A DNA stretch of 37,115 nucleotides from a virus. Lineage: Duplodnaviria; Caudoviricetes. The notes below the pieces were generated by a model. The model was not told the DNA's origin and made no database searches. It saw only the letters and a program-made list of their open reading frames with translations. The DNA lies in IMG/VR virus record IMGVR_UViG_3300037482_000110, positions 1 to 37,115 of that record; one strand, written 5' to 3'. The translations under genes and the position numbers were made by a program. Positions 8,996-17,912 of this stretch are shown one piece after another (position 1 is the stretch's first letter; the number at the start of each line of letters is the position of its first letter).

Positions 8996-11085
8996 ACTAC
9001 CCTTGCTTTTATCGCGGTATCCGTTACCTCCCCGGCTTTTGCGTTGATGTCTTCTACGGTTACGATTATGTTCATATTCCTGATCTCGTTGGCCAATAGT
9101 CTGGTCGCGGCGTCTGCGCGTGAACTTTGTACCGCAGCGCGGGTCTCGATCTGCCCGCCTTGCGCGGCGTACCATGATTTCTGACCCCAGCTTTTACCCC
9201 CGTGTGATTGATTTAGAGTGGAGAGGTATTCTTTATTTGCGTTTTTCTTCAGGATGAAAAGGCCCTCATCTTTCTCAGCTTCAAAGAAAGTCCCATCCTC
9301 ACCGTAGAATTTCGTGCCGCCCTGCGTGTGTGGGCGTCCCCCGACATTAACATACCCTCCGTTATCGTAGCGATAACCACGCGGAACGTTGCCGCCTTGA
9401 GCGAAGCTAATTCCCGATATGCGTGCGACCTGACTAAGTCCGAACGCGGTCACAACAGCGGCGGCGATACCACCGAGAACAGGGCCGACTATGGGTATAC
9501 CGGCCATGGCTTTGTAAGCAGCCACGGCGGCGGCGTAGGTATTTGCCCATGTTTCTTTGATTGCGTCCTGCTGGAAAAGGGAGTTTAACAGAAGTCGGGC
9601 TGAACTCTTTTCTTTTGTGACCAGGGCCACTCCACCGATAAGGGCCTCGTTTTTAAGATCTTCAATATTTTTTTCAGCTTCAGCGGCGTCCTTTTTGGCT
9701 TTGGTTTCTTTGGCTATTCTGGCTTTGGTTTCAGCAAGTATACGGTCATTGAAGCGTTTCTCCATTTCTGCCTCCTGTGCCTTGACCTCATCTCGTTTGA
9801 TTTTTGCGGCAAGATATAAGGCGTGCTCCTCTGCTAAAAATGCCTCATAAGCTGATAACCTTTCTTTATAATCAGTCGCGGACTGCTCTTTTTGCAAGGC
9901 CAGATCCTTGATAAACATTTCTTTTTTCTTGTCAGCGTTGTCCTTCTGGATCTGGAATAATTTGGCTTCAAGTTCGGCCTGCTCGTTAAGGTCTTCTTTC
10001 GTGGAGTTTGAAAAGCTGTTTTCTGTTTTCTTGATCTCGAAACGGTTTCGGGCTACAGTGGTCTCCATACGTGAGAGATCGTCCTGTAACTTCATAGCCT
10101 CCTGCAGGGCCGCAGATCTATCTTTAAGGTCGAGGTTCTTATCTTCCGAGCGCAATCTTAACTCCGATATCTTCGCTTGTAATACGCTTCGCTGCACAAT
10201 TAAATGGCGCTCCAAAAGGTCGGTTTGTGCCTTTAGATCTTCCAGTGCTTGACCTTTAGCGATCTCGTCCGCGCTCTCCTTTAGTACGGCGTTGAACCCA
10301 TCCACCGCTTTGGTGGCGCCCTGCATCACAAGGCCAATAGGGGTGGCGTTGTCCACGATCTTTTTAAATCCTTCGGCGGCGGCGTCTGCTGCGGCTGAGA
10401 ACTGTCCTTTAAAAAGAAGCTTCAAAGATTTACCCACTAGTCCAACGCCGTCAATGGTTTCTTCGATCTTATCCACAATAAAGGACTGAATGAGGTTGCC
10501 GAAATCTTCTACAGCCTTGCCTGGGTCTTCAAAAACACTGATCAGAAATTTACCAAGGTCGGAGAGCTTGTCTGAAAGGTTCCCCACTACTATTGAGACC
10601 GTGCGTGTGATCTTTGCAAACTTGTTCTGCCCTTCCTCGGAAGATGAGAAATAACGTGTAACCGCTGCGATAGCGAGCCCGAGCGCTGCGATAACAGCTC
10701 CAATAGGCGTGGCTATAAATAACAGCGCGGCCTTGGTCATGGCACCAAATCCATTGACGGTGGCCCCTAGCCCTGGTATTAATTTATCCAGTGCCCCGGT
10801 GTAGTTACCTACGTTCAGCCTTTGTTTTTCAAGAGCGGATGAGTTGGATTTTATAGCCTGGTTGTTCTTGTTAATTGATTCGTTGAGGGCGGCGACTTTC
10901 TTTCGGCCTTCCTCCGTGGATATGTCAACTTTGTTCCTTTCCGCTCGGAGTTCTTTATTAGCCTTGGAAAGGCCCATGATGGATCCGGCCAGTACCTCCA
11001 CCTCCTTTTTAGCCTCCGGCATTTTCTTACCGGCGCTTTCCTCTATTTTTAGTTTCAGGATTACTACGTCTGTTTTCTCGGCCAT
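8992..11085 (-). CDS. Tail tape measure protein
   Basis: 697 aa, long coiled coils, hydrophobic A/G helices, 'RLNVGNY', C-terminal 'FAQGG...GGRPHTQGG'. Confidence 0.85.
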   Translation of the reverse strand: MAEKTDVVILKLKIEESAGKKMPEAKKEVEVLAGSIMGLSKANKELRAERNKVDISTEEGRKKVAALNESINKNNQAIKSNSSALEKQRLNVGNYTGALDKLIPGLGATVNGFGAMTKAALLFIATPIGAVIAALGLAIAAVTRYFSSSEEGQNKFAKITRTVSIVVGNLSDKLSDLGKFLISVFEDPGKAVEDFGNLIQSFIVDKIEETIDGVGLVGKSLKLLFKGQFSAAADAAAEGFKKIVDNATPIGLVMQGATKAVDGFNAVLKESADEIAKGQALEDLKAQTDLLERHLIVQRSVLQAKISELRLRSEDKNLDLKDRSAALQEAMKLQDDLSRMETTVARNRFEIKKTENSFSNSTKEDLNEQAELEAKLFQIQKDNADKKKEMFIKDLALQKEQSATDYKERLSAYEAFLAEEHALYLAAKIKRDEVKAQEAEMEKRFNDRILAETKARIAKETKAKKDAAEAEKNIEDLKNEALIGGVALVTKEKSSARLLLNSLFQQDAIKETWANTYAAAVAAYKAMAGIPIVGPVLGGIAAAVVTAFGLSQVARISGISFAQGGNVPRGYRYDNGGYVNVGGRPHTQGGTKFYGEDGTFFEAEKDEGLFILKKNANKEYLSTLNQSHGGKSWGQKSWYAAQGGQIETRAAVQSSRADAATRLLANEIRNMNIIVTVEDINAKAGEVTDTAIKARVV

Positions 11086-11087
11086 AT

Positions 11088-12929
11088 TTAACTCACTTTA
11101 AATAACTCTACTTTAGTACTTTGTCCGGGAATGAAGTTTTCCACAGTGTTTATAATGAAATACGCCCCGTTATCAAATACCAGTCTGAGTAAATCAAGCT
11201 GTGCGATATCCACAGCGGTAAGGAAATAATACCGCGTAATTACTTTCGGGCGCTCAAATGTGGTGGAGAGCGAAGCGTAATAAGTATCAATAAAGGTTTG
11301 CCAATTTAGTGAATGATCTGCAAGCCCGTCTTCGAAATACCCTACCTTATAACTGGATAAAGGCCCGGCGAGGGTTGGCTCATAACTGTATTTATCCCTG
11401 ACGAGTAAAAGCCTTAAGCCTGGATCTTCCCCGTCGGATATTGGAATTCTCGCTGCGGTAACATATCCAGCGGCTTCATTACCCATCCTTACGGTGTCGG
11501 ACGAATTAAAGTCTGATGTAAAGAAGTCTTTTTGCAAGTCAAGGTTTTCATTACTGAGTAACAGTTCCCCTTTCCCGGTATCTTGACTAACCAGATCATC
11601 GGCCACGGAATATTTAAAGTGATTGGTTTGGGCATAAGAACGGAAATCAAACTGTATTTTCTGCTCTTTAGATATATCCCGTTTCGTAGTCCAGTCCACT
11701 GCACCTACCCTGTCCGTTATAATATCCTCAATCTTTACAGCCTCAATAGAGTTGGGTCCGGTTTCACGCAGGATCACGCCAAACCTGATCAGGAAATCCC
11801 GTAACAGGTTGCGCTGTAGATAATCAGGCAGGATGCCTTTAATGGCAACATAGGTAACTTGAATGGTCGATCTGACGCGACTATAAATTTGACCTTGTGT
11901 AAAGGTCAATGTCGCCGTGCCTATCCCTGAAGTGGTTCTTACACGAAGATAAACTTCCGTATTCTCTATCCCAGAAACAGGCCCGTTAGTGGCATCTGTT
12001 AATTCTAGTTCGTATGTTCCGTTTCCAAGCCCACCTAAAAGGTGTTCCCCTGAGTTTGAAAACAGACTGAGGTCCACGCCCGACGCCCCGCCGGCCAGAG
12101 CGACGGTAAACTCAAGGGTGGCGTATACATCGAATAAAAAGTAAGTACCGCCGAACGCCCCGCCTTGTGGATCTACGACTGTAAACGTATTGGTGCCGTC
12201 GTACATCCCTGAGGGGTTGAGTACGTTCACGGTCATGTCTATTTTTGTATACGAGGACGTTACTGCGTGGGTGGCTGCCGTACTACGAAAGGCTTCATAT
12301 TCAAGCGACTTTCGATATGTAAAATTATATCCCTCATATCCGAGCGCTGACATATACATCGCAGCTAATTTTGCGTCACTAAAGATGTCGCCTGTTTTAC
12401 TGTAGCCGGCCTGGGCAATTATTTCTTCAATTAGAATTTTGTACGGAAACGCATATCCGGTATAGACCTGGTCCAACGGGTTTGATGTTTCATCGAGTGA
12501 TCCATCGTCAACAATAGGCTGTAGAAGATCTGAGGAAGCCCCGAGATCATAGTCGGACAAATCAAGATCTAAAAGTTTTCCCTCTCCAACGGAATCAAAG
12601 AATCCGAATGTTCCTGAAAAAATATTGATGTTAAAATATTCGTCGCAGTCAACGATGTACGCAATCCCTGTGGATATGACCTCGATGCCGTTAAGGATGA
12701 GTCGCGCGGGTAGCTTTGTATATGGTTTGGACGATAGCGAAAATTCACTATCGGAGAAACCGAATATGTTTTTATTCTGCGCTGTTTTTGGAAGTTGAAA
12801 CCGATTGGTGTAGTTGGCATTGCGGGTTTTAAGGTCGCCAAATTCCAGCGCCTTTAATGAGCATGCCACTGCCGTTCCGGGGTATATGTCGGCGAGTTGA
12901 TTGTCGATATATATAAGAGTCTTACTCAT
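11088..12929 (-). CDS. Tail tip/baseplate hub-like protein
   Basis: 613 aa; 'NYTNRFQLPKT..N..IFG', 'DWTTKRD', 'YAQTNHFKY', ends 'F.PGQSTKVEL.K'. Confidence 0.65.
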   Translation of the reverse strand: MSKTLIYIDNQLADIYPGTAVACSLKALEFGDLKTRNANYTNRFQLPKTAQNKNIFGFSDSEFSLSSKPYTKLPARLILNGIEVISTGIAYIVDCDEYFNINIFSGTFGFFDSVGEGKLLDLDLSDYDLGASSDLLQPIVDDGSLDETSNPLDQVYTGYAFPYKILIEEIIAQAGYSKTGDIFSDAKLAAMYMSALGYEGYNFTYRKSLEYEAFRSTAATHAVTSSYTKIDMTVNVLNPSGMYDGTNTFTVVDPQGGAFGGTYFLFDVYATLEFTVALAGGASGVDLSLFSNSGEHLLGGLGNGTYELELTDATNGPVSGIENTEVYLRVRTTSGIGTATLTFTQGQIYSRVRSTIQVTYVAIKGILPDYLQRNLLRDFLIRFGVILRETGPNSIEAVKIEDIITDRVGAVDWTTKRDISKEQKIQFDFRSYAQTNHFKYSVADDLVSQDTGKGELLLSNENLDLQKDFFTSDFNSSDTVRMGNEAAGYVTAARIPISDGEDPGLRLLLVRDKYSYEPTLAGPLSSYKVGYFEDGLADHSLNWQTFIDTYYASLSTTFERPKVITRYYFLTAVDIAQLDLLRLVFDNGAYFIINTVENFIPGQSTKVELFKVS

Positions 12930-14724
12930 ATCTCTCCGGGAACTCTATTTCAATTTCTATGCTATGCAGTGTGTTTTTTGTATTGATAAGGGACTGAGTA
13001 GGGATTACAATAACCCCGGTTTTATTTCCGTCCTCGTCCAGCACGTACACCTGTGATCCGTCACGCACAGCAGATTTATTTACCGAGCTGGTAAACTCAA
13101 CGATGTTTTCCTGATAGACTTCGCCCAAGTGATTCAGTTCGCTAATGGCTTCCCATTGATCGAGTGTAAGGTTCTCTGCAAACAGGGTCAGGCGCTTTGC
13201 TTTCTTACGACCTGAGAAGTTGTAGACCGATTCCTGTCCGTGTTCGAAGAGCCAGAAAGCATCGCCACCGAGTGAGTTTTTCCACATGAGCATGACTGGG
13301 TTATTACAGGGGGATTCTATTTGAAGTGTGAGTGGAGCAAAAAAAGGAACGAACGCGCCCTCGTCAAGTGCCACACTAATCAAGAAGATAGCAACTGTGG
13401 ATCCGCTAACCTTTTCAACCTTGATACCGATTTTGTTATCATCCGTCATAACTGTCTGATGGATGTATAGCGTGAATGTAATATCCGTTCCAACACCAAG
13501 TCCAACGGTCGGGCTACTTAGTACAAAGGTACTTCCGATAAAGAACTTCACCCGGTATGTTCCTGAGGAGTCCCACTGCAATGTTAGTGTGGCTTTTACG
13601 AATCGGTTACTAAGGCTATATGAGAGATCCTGTCGTACGGTTTTGGTCTCCGTTGTAGGAGCTGTGGAAATCCCCCCGCTTCCGGTCCAGTTTGTGCCGG
13701 CGTCAACATCGTTATACCAAGGCCCGCCGGGAGTCATACCTAAAGTAAAATCATCATCCGGCACCACTAGGGCTTCGGTATAATCAGCGGGTTCAGCGGG
13801 TTTTTGTCCTACTTGTAATACAAGGGTTTCAGCGGCCTCATCCAACGAACCAGAGGTAAGCATCAGTTTGTTTACTGCGTCAATTTCCCCTGTATCAAGG
13901 ACAGTTAATGAAGTGCTCCCTACTATCGCTCCTATGGAATTATAGTATCGCTGAAGCGCGTATGCATCTGTAAGGGAAGTCGCGTAAATAAACGACAGTG
14001 TCGCCGGATAGTCGCGCCATAGTTTTGGATTGGTAAACAGCGTGAGAAAATTCTTTGTATCATCTGCTGGCACGTAGTCGGTTAGATTATTACCTACTGA
14101 ACTGGGGATCTGCAACGCTCCGAATACTGCGTACCTGGGATTACCTGAATCGCTTGTCTGTGATCCCTGCAATGCTCCGTCGTAAAATTCTTGATGCTTG
14201 ATATAGAATTTCAGCGAAGTGTCATCTTCAGTTTCGTTTAAGGCTGAGGGTTCGATCCATTCGGCAGTGAGAAAAGCTTTTACAATATCGGAAACATCAG
14301 CATAAGCGATCCCGTCATTACCCGGAGTGAAGGAAAATTTAACCCCGCCGGTCAAACTTGAATCATCGGAGGCTTTGAATACTTCTACTTCTATACGGTA
14401 GTCTGTGCGCTTGGAAAGGTTGTTAACAACGCCACCAGGATAAGAAGAAACAAAAGTATCCTGAATGGTGACCAGGGTATTCCCCCCACTGAACGCTGAA
14501 GCAGTGATGGCTGCGGTCACCGTAGGGCCAGAGTTCCAATCAACATACACGGTATTGCCTACCTGAAAATAAGCGGTAAGGTCTACGCCGTCGATCTGGA
14601 ACTGATGCAGACTCCCGTTGTCATTCACCTGATCAATGATATAATCCTGCCGTTGCAGGTTATACACTACAGGTATTTTAACTGCGCTCCATGTGCTCGG
14701 TCGGGTATTTACTGATATCGCCAT
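12922..14724 (-). CDS. Tail protein (distal-tail-like, with inserted carbohydrate-binding-like domain)
   Basis: 600 aa beta-rich; 'WKNSLGGDAFWLF' motif; upstream of hub and tape measure genes. Confidence 0.6.
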   Translation of the reverse strand: MAISVNTRPSTWSAVKIPVVYNLQRQDYIIDQVNDNGSLHQFQIDGVDLTAYFQVGNTVYVDWNSGPTVTAAITASAFSGGNTLVTIQDTFVSSYPGGVVNNLSKRTDYRIEVEVFKASDDSSLTGGVKFSFTPGNDGIAYADVSDIVKAFLTAEWIEPSALNETEDDTSLKFYIKHQEFYDGALQGSQTSDSGNPRYAVFGALQIPSSVGNNLTDYVPADDTKNFLTLFTNPKLWRDYPATLSFIYATSLTDAYALQRYYNSIGAIVGSTSLTVLDTGEIDAVNKLMLTSGSLDEAAETLVLQVGQKPAEPADYTEALVVPDDDFTLGMTPGGPWYNDVDAGTNWTGSGGISTAPTTETKTVRQDLSYSLSNRFVKATLTLQWDSSGTYRVKFFIGSTFVLSSPTVGLGVGTDITFTLYIHQTVMTDDNKIGIKVEKVSGSTVAIFLISVALDEGAFVPFFAPLTLQIESPCNNPVMLMWKNSLGGDAFWLFEHGQESVYNFSGRKKAKRLTLFAENLTLDQWEAISELNHLGEVYQENIVEFTSSVNKSAVRDGSQVYVLDEDGNKTGVIVIPTQSLINTKNTLHSIEIEIEFPERYE

Positions 14725-14888
14725 TATTTCCTGTTTAAAAAGTGATACCCTAACCCATAGCCTACCATTAACGAAACCGTCATATAAAATACCTCGGCCT
14801 TATCCGGTTGTTTCTTTTCGCTGATCCTTACACCGTTGATTTTCGGAGAGCAGGAGGAAAGCAAAAGAACGATACATAGTGTTTTCAT
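14724..14888 (-). CDS. Small lipoprotein with C-terminal hydrophobic segment (54 aa)
   Basis: MKTLCIVLLLSSCSPKINGVRISEKKQPDKAEVFYMTVSLMVGYGLGYHFLNRK; lipobox LSSC; ATGA/TAATG coupling on both sides. Confidence 0.6.
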   Translation of the reverse strand: MKTLCIVLLLSSCSPKINGVRISEKKQPDKAEVFYMTVSLMVGYGLGYHFLNRK

Positions 14889-15379
14889 TGCTGCGCGACC
14901 CTTGCCAGGTCTTTATATTTATTGATTAATTCTGTCTTTTTTATTTGCAGGTAGTCGATCTTTAATTCCTTGCGGGCCTCGGTGATCTCGTCCTCTACCT
15001 CGATTCCAGGACGCTTGCGCTGGAAGATGTCGGTACCTTTATTAGCGATCTTTCTGGCAATAGCAAAAGCTAACGATCGCGTGGATGTCTCCGGGTCATC
15101 CGGGACTATTCCTTTATCTTTTATCCATTGTTCAATAGCATCTACAGGAGGGAGCGTAAGTTGTTTCGTTTTTAGACTTGATGATCTGGCCGGGCGGCGT
15201 CCGTTTTTCTGATAATAGATATACCCCAGGCCGAGCACATCCCCGCCGTCGGGACGAGTGACTTCCCTGAGGGACTTAGCCGAACGACCGGAGGCGTAAA
15301 TACCCTTAGCCTGCTGCTCTATTATATGCGCTTCGGAAATCCGTCTCAAAAACTTCGCTACCGCCTCGATCTGTGTCAT
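14885..15379 (-). CDS. Putative tail completion/neck protein
   Basis: Basic protein; 'GRRP...PPVDAIEQWIKDKGI...SLAFAIARKI..KGT' phage virion morphogenesis motif. Confidence 0.6.
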   Translation of the reverse strand: MTQIEAVAKFLRRISEAHIIEQQAKGIYASGRSAKSLREVTRPDGGDVLGLGYIYYQKNGRRPARSSSLKTKQLTLPPVDAIEQWIKDKGIVPDDPETSTRSLAFAIARKIANKGTDIFQRKRPGIEVEDEITEARKELKIDYLQIKKTELINKYKDLARVAQQ

Positions 15380-15418
15380 ACTAATTCTTCGTGTGCTAAT
15401 TATTGGGTCAAAAAAATA

Positions 15419-15802
15419 TCAAAGGCATTTTTGATCTGTTAATTCCTCGCCGGTTAAGGCGAAGTAAAGGTTTTGCAGTTGGTGGACGTATTTAGTTGTA
15501 CCTATAAAATAGCCAGATGGATCACTACTCCTAACATCAAATGGATAGAGCATACCGGTTTGGTGAATACAATACCTGTAATTTCCAACTCCATTATTCC
15601 AAACATTACTACCTTCTCGTTTCCAAAACCCAAAATTCAATAGCCATTCTTCTGTGAGGGGGATGCCGTCGGCATGATCGCCTTTATCCAGATCAAGGCA
15701 TTCAATATCAAGGGCGGTTACTTCGTGGTCATCCAGCCACCTGTCCGCTGATTCAGAAAAGTAATTAACCCGATTCCCTATCCTTAATTCTGATGCTTTC
15801 AT
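15419..15802 (-). CDS. Conserved Bacteroidota phage hypothetical protein
   Basis: 'MKASELRIGN...GIPLTEEWLLNFGF...YVHQLQNLYFALTGEEL'; start placed at ATGA overlap. Confidence 0.7.
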   Translation of the reverse strand: MKASELRIGNRVNYFSESADRWLDDHEVTALDIECLDLDKGDHADGIPLTEEWLLNFGFWKREGSNVWNNGVGNYRYCIHQTGMLYPFDVRSSDPSGYFIGTTKYVHQLQNLYFALTGEELTDQKCL

Positions 15803-16266
15803 GGCCGGCAAATATTAGTAGCCCTCTCCGCTATTGGCACCGACATAGTTAACTGTATTCCGAACGTGTGGGCGTCATAAAGCCCGTACTGCGGGGTGTA
15901 ATTCCTTTGCGTGATCCCTTCGCTCTCCGGGTCGATGATGTCATGCTCATTCAGTTTGTGCGCGAACCGGCGGGCCAATAGTCGCAGCGTGGTCATGACG
16001 TCGTCTTCAATGTCTGAGGTTACGTAGTCCTGCGTCTGCGCCTCTACCTTGGTGAGAAAATATATATCCAGGTTGACCGTACCCCGTAGTGCTCCGCTTT
16101 TCCCTGGAACGTCCGCAACATCAAAAGGAAGGACGAGCATAAACGGGTACTTGGAAGACAGAAATTTGTCGGTCAGCATATTGATCTCAAACTGATCGGC
16201 ATAGTGAAAGGACTTGATGTCTGTCATGGTGTCCTTTATTTCTTCGATGGCGGAGAGTAGGGTCAT
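15799..16266 (-). CDS. Putative tail terminator protein
   Basis: Likely start MTLLSAIEE at 16266; size and alpha/beta pattern ('YPFMLVLP', C-terminal strand) fit lambda gpU-like proteins. Confidence 0.5.
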   Translation of the reverse strand: MTLLSAIEEIKDTMTDIKSFHYADQFEINMLTDKFLSSKYPFMLVLPFDVADVPGKSGALRGTVNLDIYFLTKVEAQTQDYVTSDIEDDVMTTLRLLARRFAHKLNEHDIIDPESEGITQRNYTPQYGLYDAHTFGIQLTMSVPIAERATNICRP

Positions 16267-16505
16267 TCGTATTCCGGTTTTTCTGGGCGAATACTCCAAT
16301 CAACTTTATGGTAAACTAGCCCCATAGACGTCATTGCTTGCTCTATCCCGCGTGGGGATATGATTGTCTTAACAGGAGATGCCACAAACCGAGACTCAAC
16401 CGACACTATCAGCCGGTCGCCATCTTTTATTGTAATTTCATACGTATTACCACCATTTGAGGATTGGCTCTGGCAGTCAGGTATTGGTCCGATATCGTTA
16501 CACAT
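16263..16505 (-). CDS. Hypothetical protein
   Basis: 80 aa ORF coupled to the downstream gene. Confidence 0.45.
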   Translation of the reverse strand: MCNDIGPIPDCQSQSSNGGNTYEITIKDGDRLIVSVESRFVASPVKTIISPRGIEQAMTSMGLVYHKVDWSIRPEKPEYE

Positions 16506-16519
16506 ATATGTTTTTAGGG

Positions 16520-16831
16520 TTACGTTTGCTTACTGCTATTCATCATACTTTCAATCTCATTAAACCGTTCCTGGTACTCATCTTGCTCTTTCCAAAGCCA
16601 ATGCAGGTTCATCACTGTATGAAAACTCTTTTCATACACTGCGTCCGGGTCCATACTAAACTTCTCAGCGAACTTCGTTATCAAACTTAAGTCAGCAAAG
16701 GGAGACAGCTTTGCCACGTTCGCCGCTTTGCTTATCGCCTGGCTCTTTTTGACCGAAGCCAATTCCTTATCCGGTGAAAGACGCCCCTGCGCTTCCTTCC
16801 AGATTTGTTCAGTCTCCGTAGCAAAAAAAAA
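16520..16831 (-). CDS. Tail assembly chaperone T-like extension reached by -1 frameshift
   Basis: Frame is -1 relative to 16732-17367 and open from 16876 through the T9 run to the stop at 16520. Confidence 0.65.
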   Translation of the reverse strand, partial: FFFATETEQIWKEAQGRLSPDKELASVKKSQAISKAANVAKLSPFADLSLITKFAEKFSMDPDAVYEKSFHTVMNLHWLWKEQDEYQERFNEIESMMNSSKQT

Positions 16832-17367
16832 CCAATTGGATAAATCTTTGTTATCGGCATCTTTAAAATCACTTGTTCAATCTCAATTGCCCGCATCATG
16901 TCAAAGGGCGTCCGGTCGATCAATGGCTGAAAGTAAATAGCCGTGACTGAACTTATAGCCTCGCGAATGTCCCGCGTTTCTTCCAATAGCTTTCGTGCCT
17001 GGATAGCCTGACCTATGGTCATACGTCCGATCTTTCGCGGGATCTTCACCACGTCACACACGAGCGGCGCGTCTGAATACCAGATAGGCCGCAGGGTGAT
17101 CTCATTAGGGATCGGTAGGTCTTCGAGTTCAGACTTAGCAAACACGAATTGTATACACTGATACAGAGCGGTTTCGAGTTTGTGATCCGTGGAAGTTTCA
17201 ATGTCGTTGGCCTCGACTCCTGATAGAATGGAGAACAGTTTGATCCAATCCTGTCCGTCCCATTCCTTTACGATCCGCTGAAACTGATCAACGCTTGTCT
17301 CTGACCAACTTTCCGGGCAGGATACTTTATGATCTCCTTTCGTGGTTGTGGCGTTGAGCTTCAGCAT
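16732..17367 (-). CDS. Tail assembly chaperone (G-like)
   Basis: 'PESWSETSVDQF', 'MTIGQAI', ends PIGFFL over slippery GGT TTT TTT TTG. Confidence 0.65.
   Translation of the reverse strand: MLKLNATTTKGDHKVSCPESWSETSVDQFQRIVKEWDGQDWIKLFSILSGVEANDIETSTDHKLETALYQCIQFVFAKSELEDLPIPNEITLRPIWYSDAPLVCDVVKIPRKIGRMTIGQAIQARKLLEETRDIREAISSVTAIYFQPLIDRTPFDMMRAIEIEQVILKMPITKIYPIGFFLLRRLNKSGRKRRGVFHRIRNWLRSKRARR
16823..16833 (-). other. Programmed -1 frameshift slippery site (T TTT TTT)
   Basis: Nine-A run on plus strand 16823-16831 in the overlap of two ORFs. Confidence 0.65.
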
Positions 17368-17370
17368 GAT

Positions 17371-17520
17371 TTAGTACGTAGGGCTTACTGTTGGAATGTC
17401 AGCAATCGTCACAATCGGGCGGCGATGCATAGCGATATTCTGCTCGATTAGGCGGGTAATCTCTTTTTGTAGCCTGATATTTTGGGCTGTTAATTTCTTT
17501 ATTTTTTCCTTGTCTGTCAT
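17371..17520 (-). CDS. Small coiled-coil hypothetical protein (49 aa)
   Basis: MTDKEKIKKLTAQNIRLQKEITRLIEQ...; translationally coupled. Confidence 0.5.
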   Translation of the reverse strand: MTDKEKIKKLTAQNIRLQKEITRLIEQNIAMHRRPIVTIADIPTVSPTY

Positions 17521-17651
17521 CACAAAATCCCCCACATAAAGTTAACAATTGTTATAAGTATTTTCACAACAATCACAATAATTCCGATGATGGAAATGAT
17601 GGCGACCACGCCTATTAAAATCTCCCATGCTTTTTTTAAGTGTGCTTTCAT
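17520..17651 (-). CDS. Small single-pass membrane protein (43 aa)
   Basis: MKAHLKKAWEILIGVVAIISIIGIIVIVVKILITIVNFMWGIL; coupled on both sides. Confidence 0.55.
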   Translation of the reverse strand: MKAHLKKAWEILIGVVAIISIIGIIVIVVKILITIVNFMWGIL

Positions 17652-17902
17652 ATCGTTTGATTTGCTAAATGGTTTAGCGTGGCGGCCAGTGCTTTTGCCT
17701 CAAGCTGACTGAGTTGTATCCAAATAACCCCCCGTATTTTATCACTCTTAGGCGAGAGATCCGCCTGAATGGTAATCGGTTTCTCTTTGTCGTCCTTCAA
17801 ATCTGCATGATCCATCCACACAGTTATAAACGGACTCTGGTCAAAATCATGATTATCAGACCACGCCTTAGCTGGTAATTGAATTTCAGATAGTTTAGAC
17901 AT
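17648..17902 (-). CDS. Hypothetical protein
   Basis: Likely start MSKLSEIQ at 17902 just after the terL stop. Confidence 0.5.
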   Translation of the reverse strand: MSKLSEIQLPAKAWSDNHDFDQSPFITVWMDHADLKDDKEKPITIQADLSPKSDKIRGVIWIQLSQLEAKALAATLNHLANQTI

Positions 17903-17912
17903 ACTTTTTAGG

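Noticed and set aside
8996-9175. N-terminal extension of the 8756-9175 ORF
   Set aside because: Overlaps the tape measure gene out of frame; the ATGA-coupled start at 8995 is more plausible
1892-13783. Many plus-strand and alternate-frame ORFs over the structural genes (e.g. 2945-3229, 7565-8323, 9328-10489, 13463-13783)
   Set aside because: Fully overlap well-supported minus-strand genes and lack recognisable motifs
17520-17651. Holin call for the small TM peptide
   Set aside because: No endolysin nearby; hydrophobicity alone is insufficient
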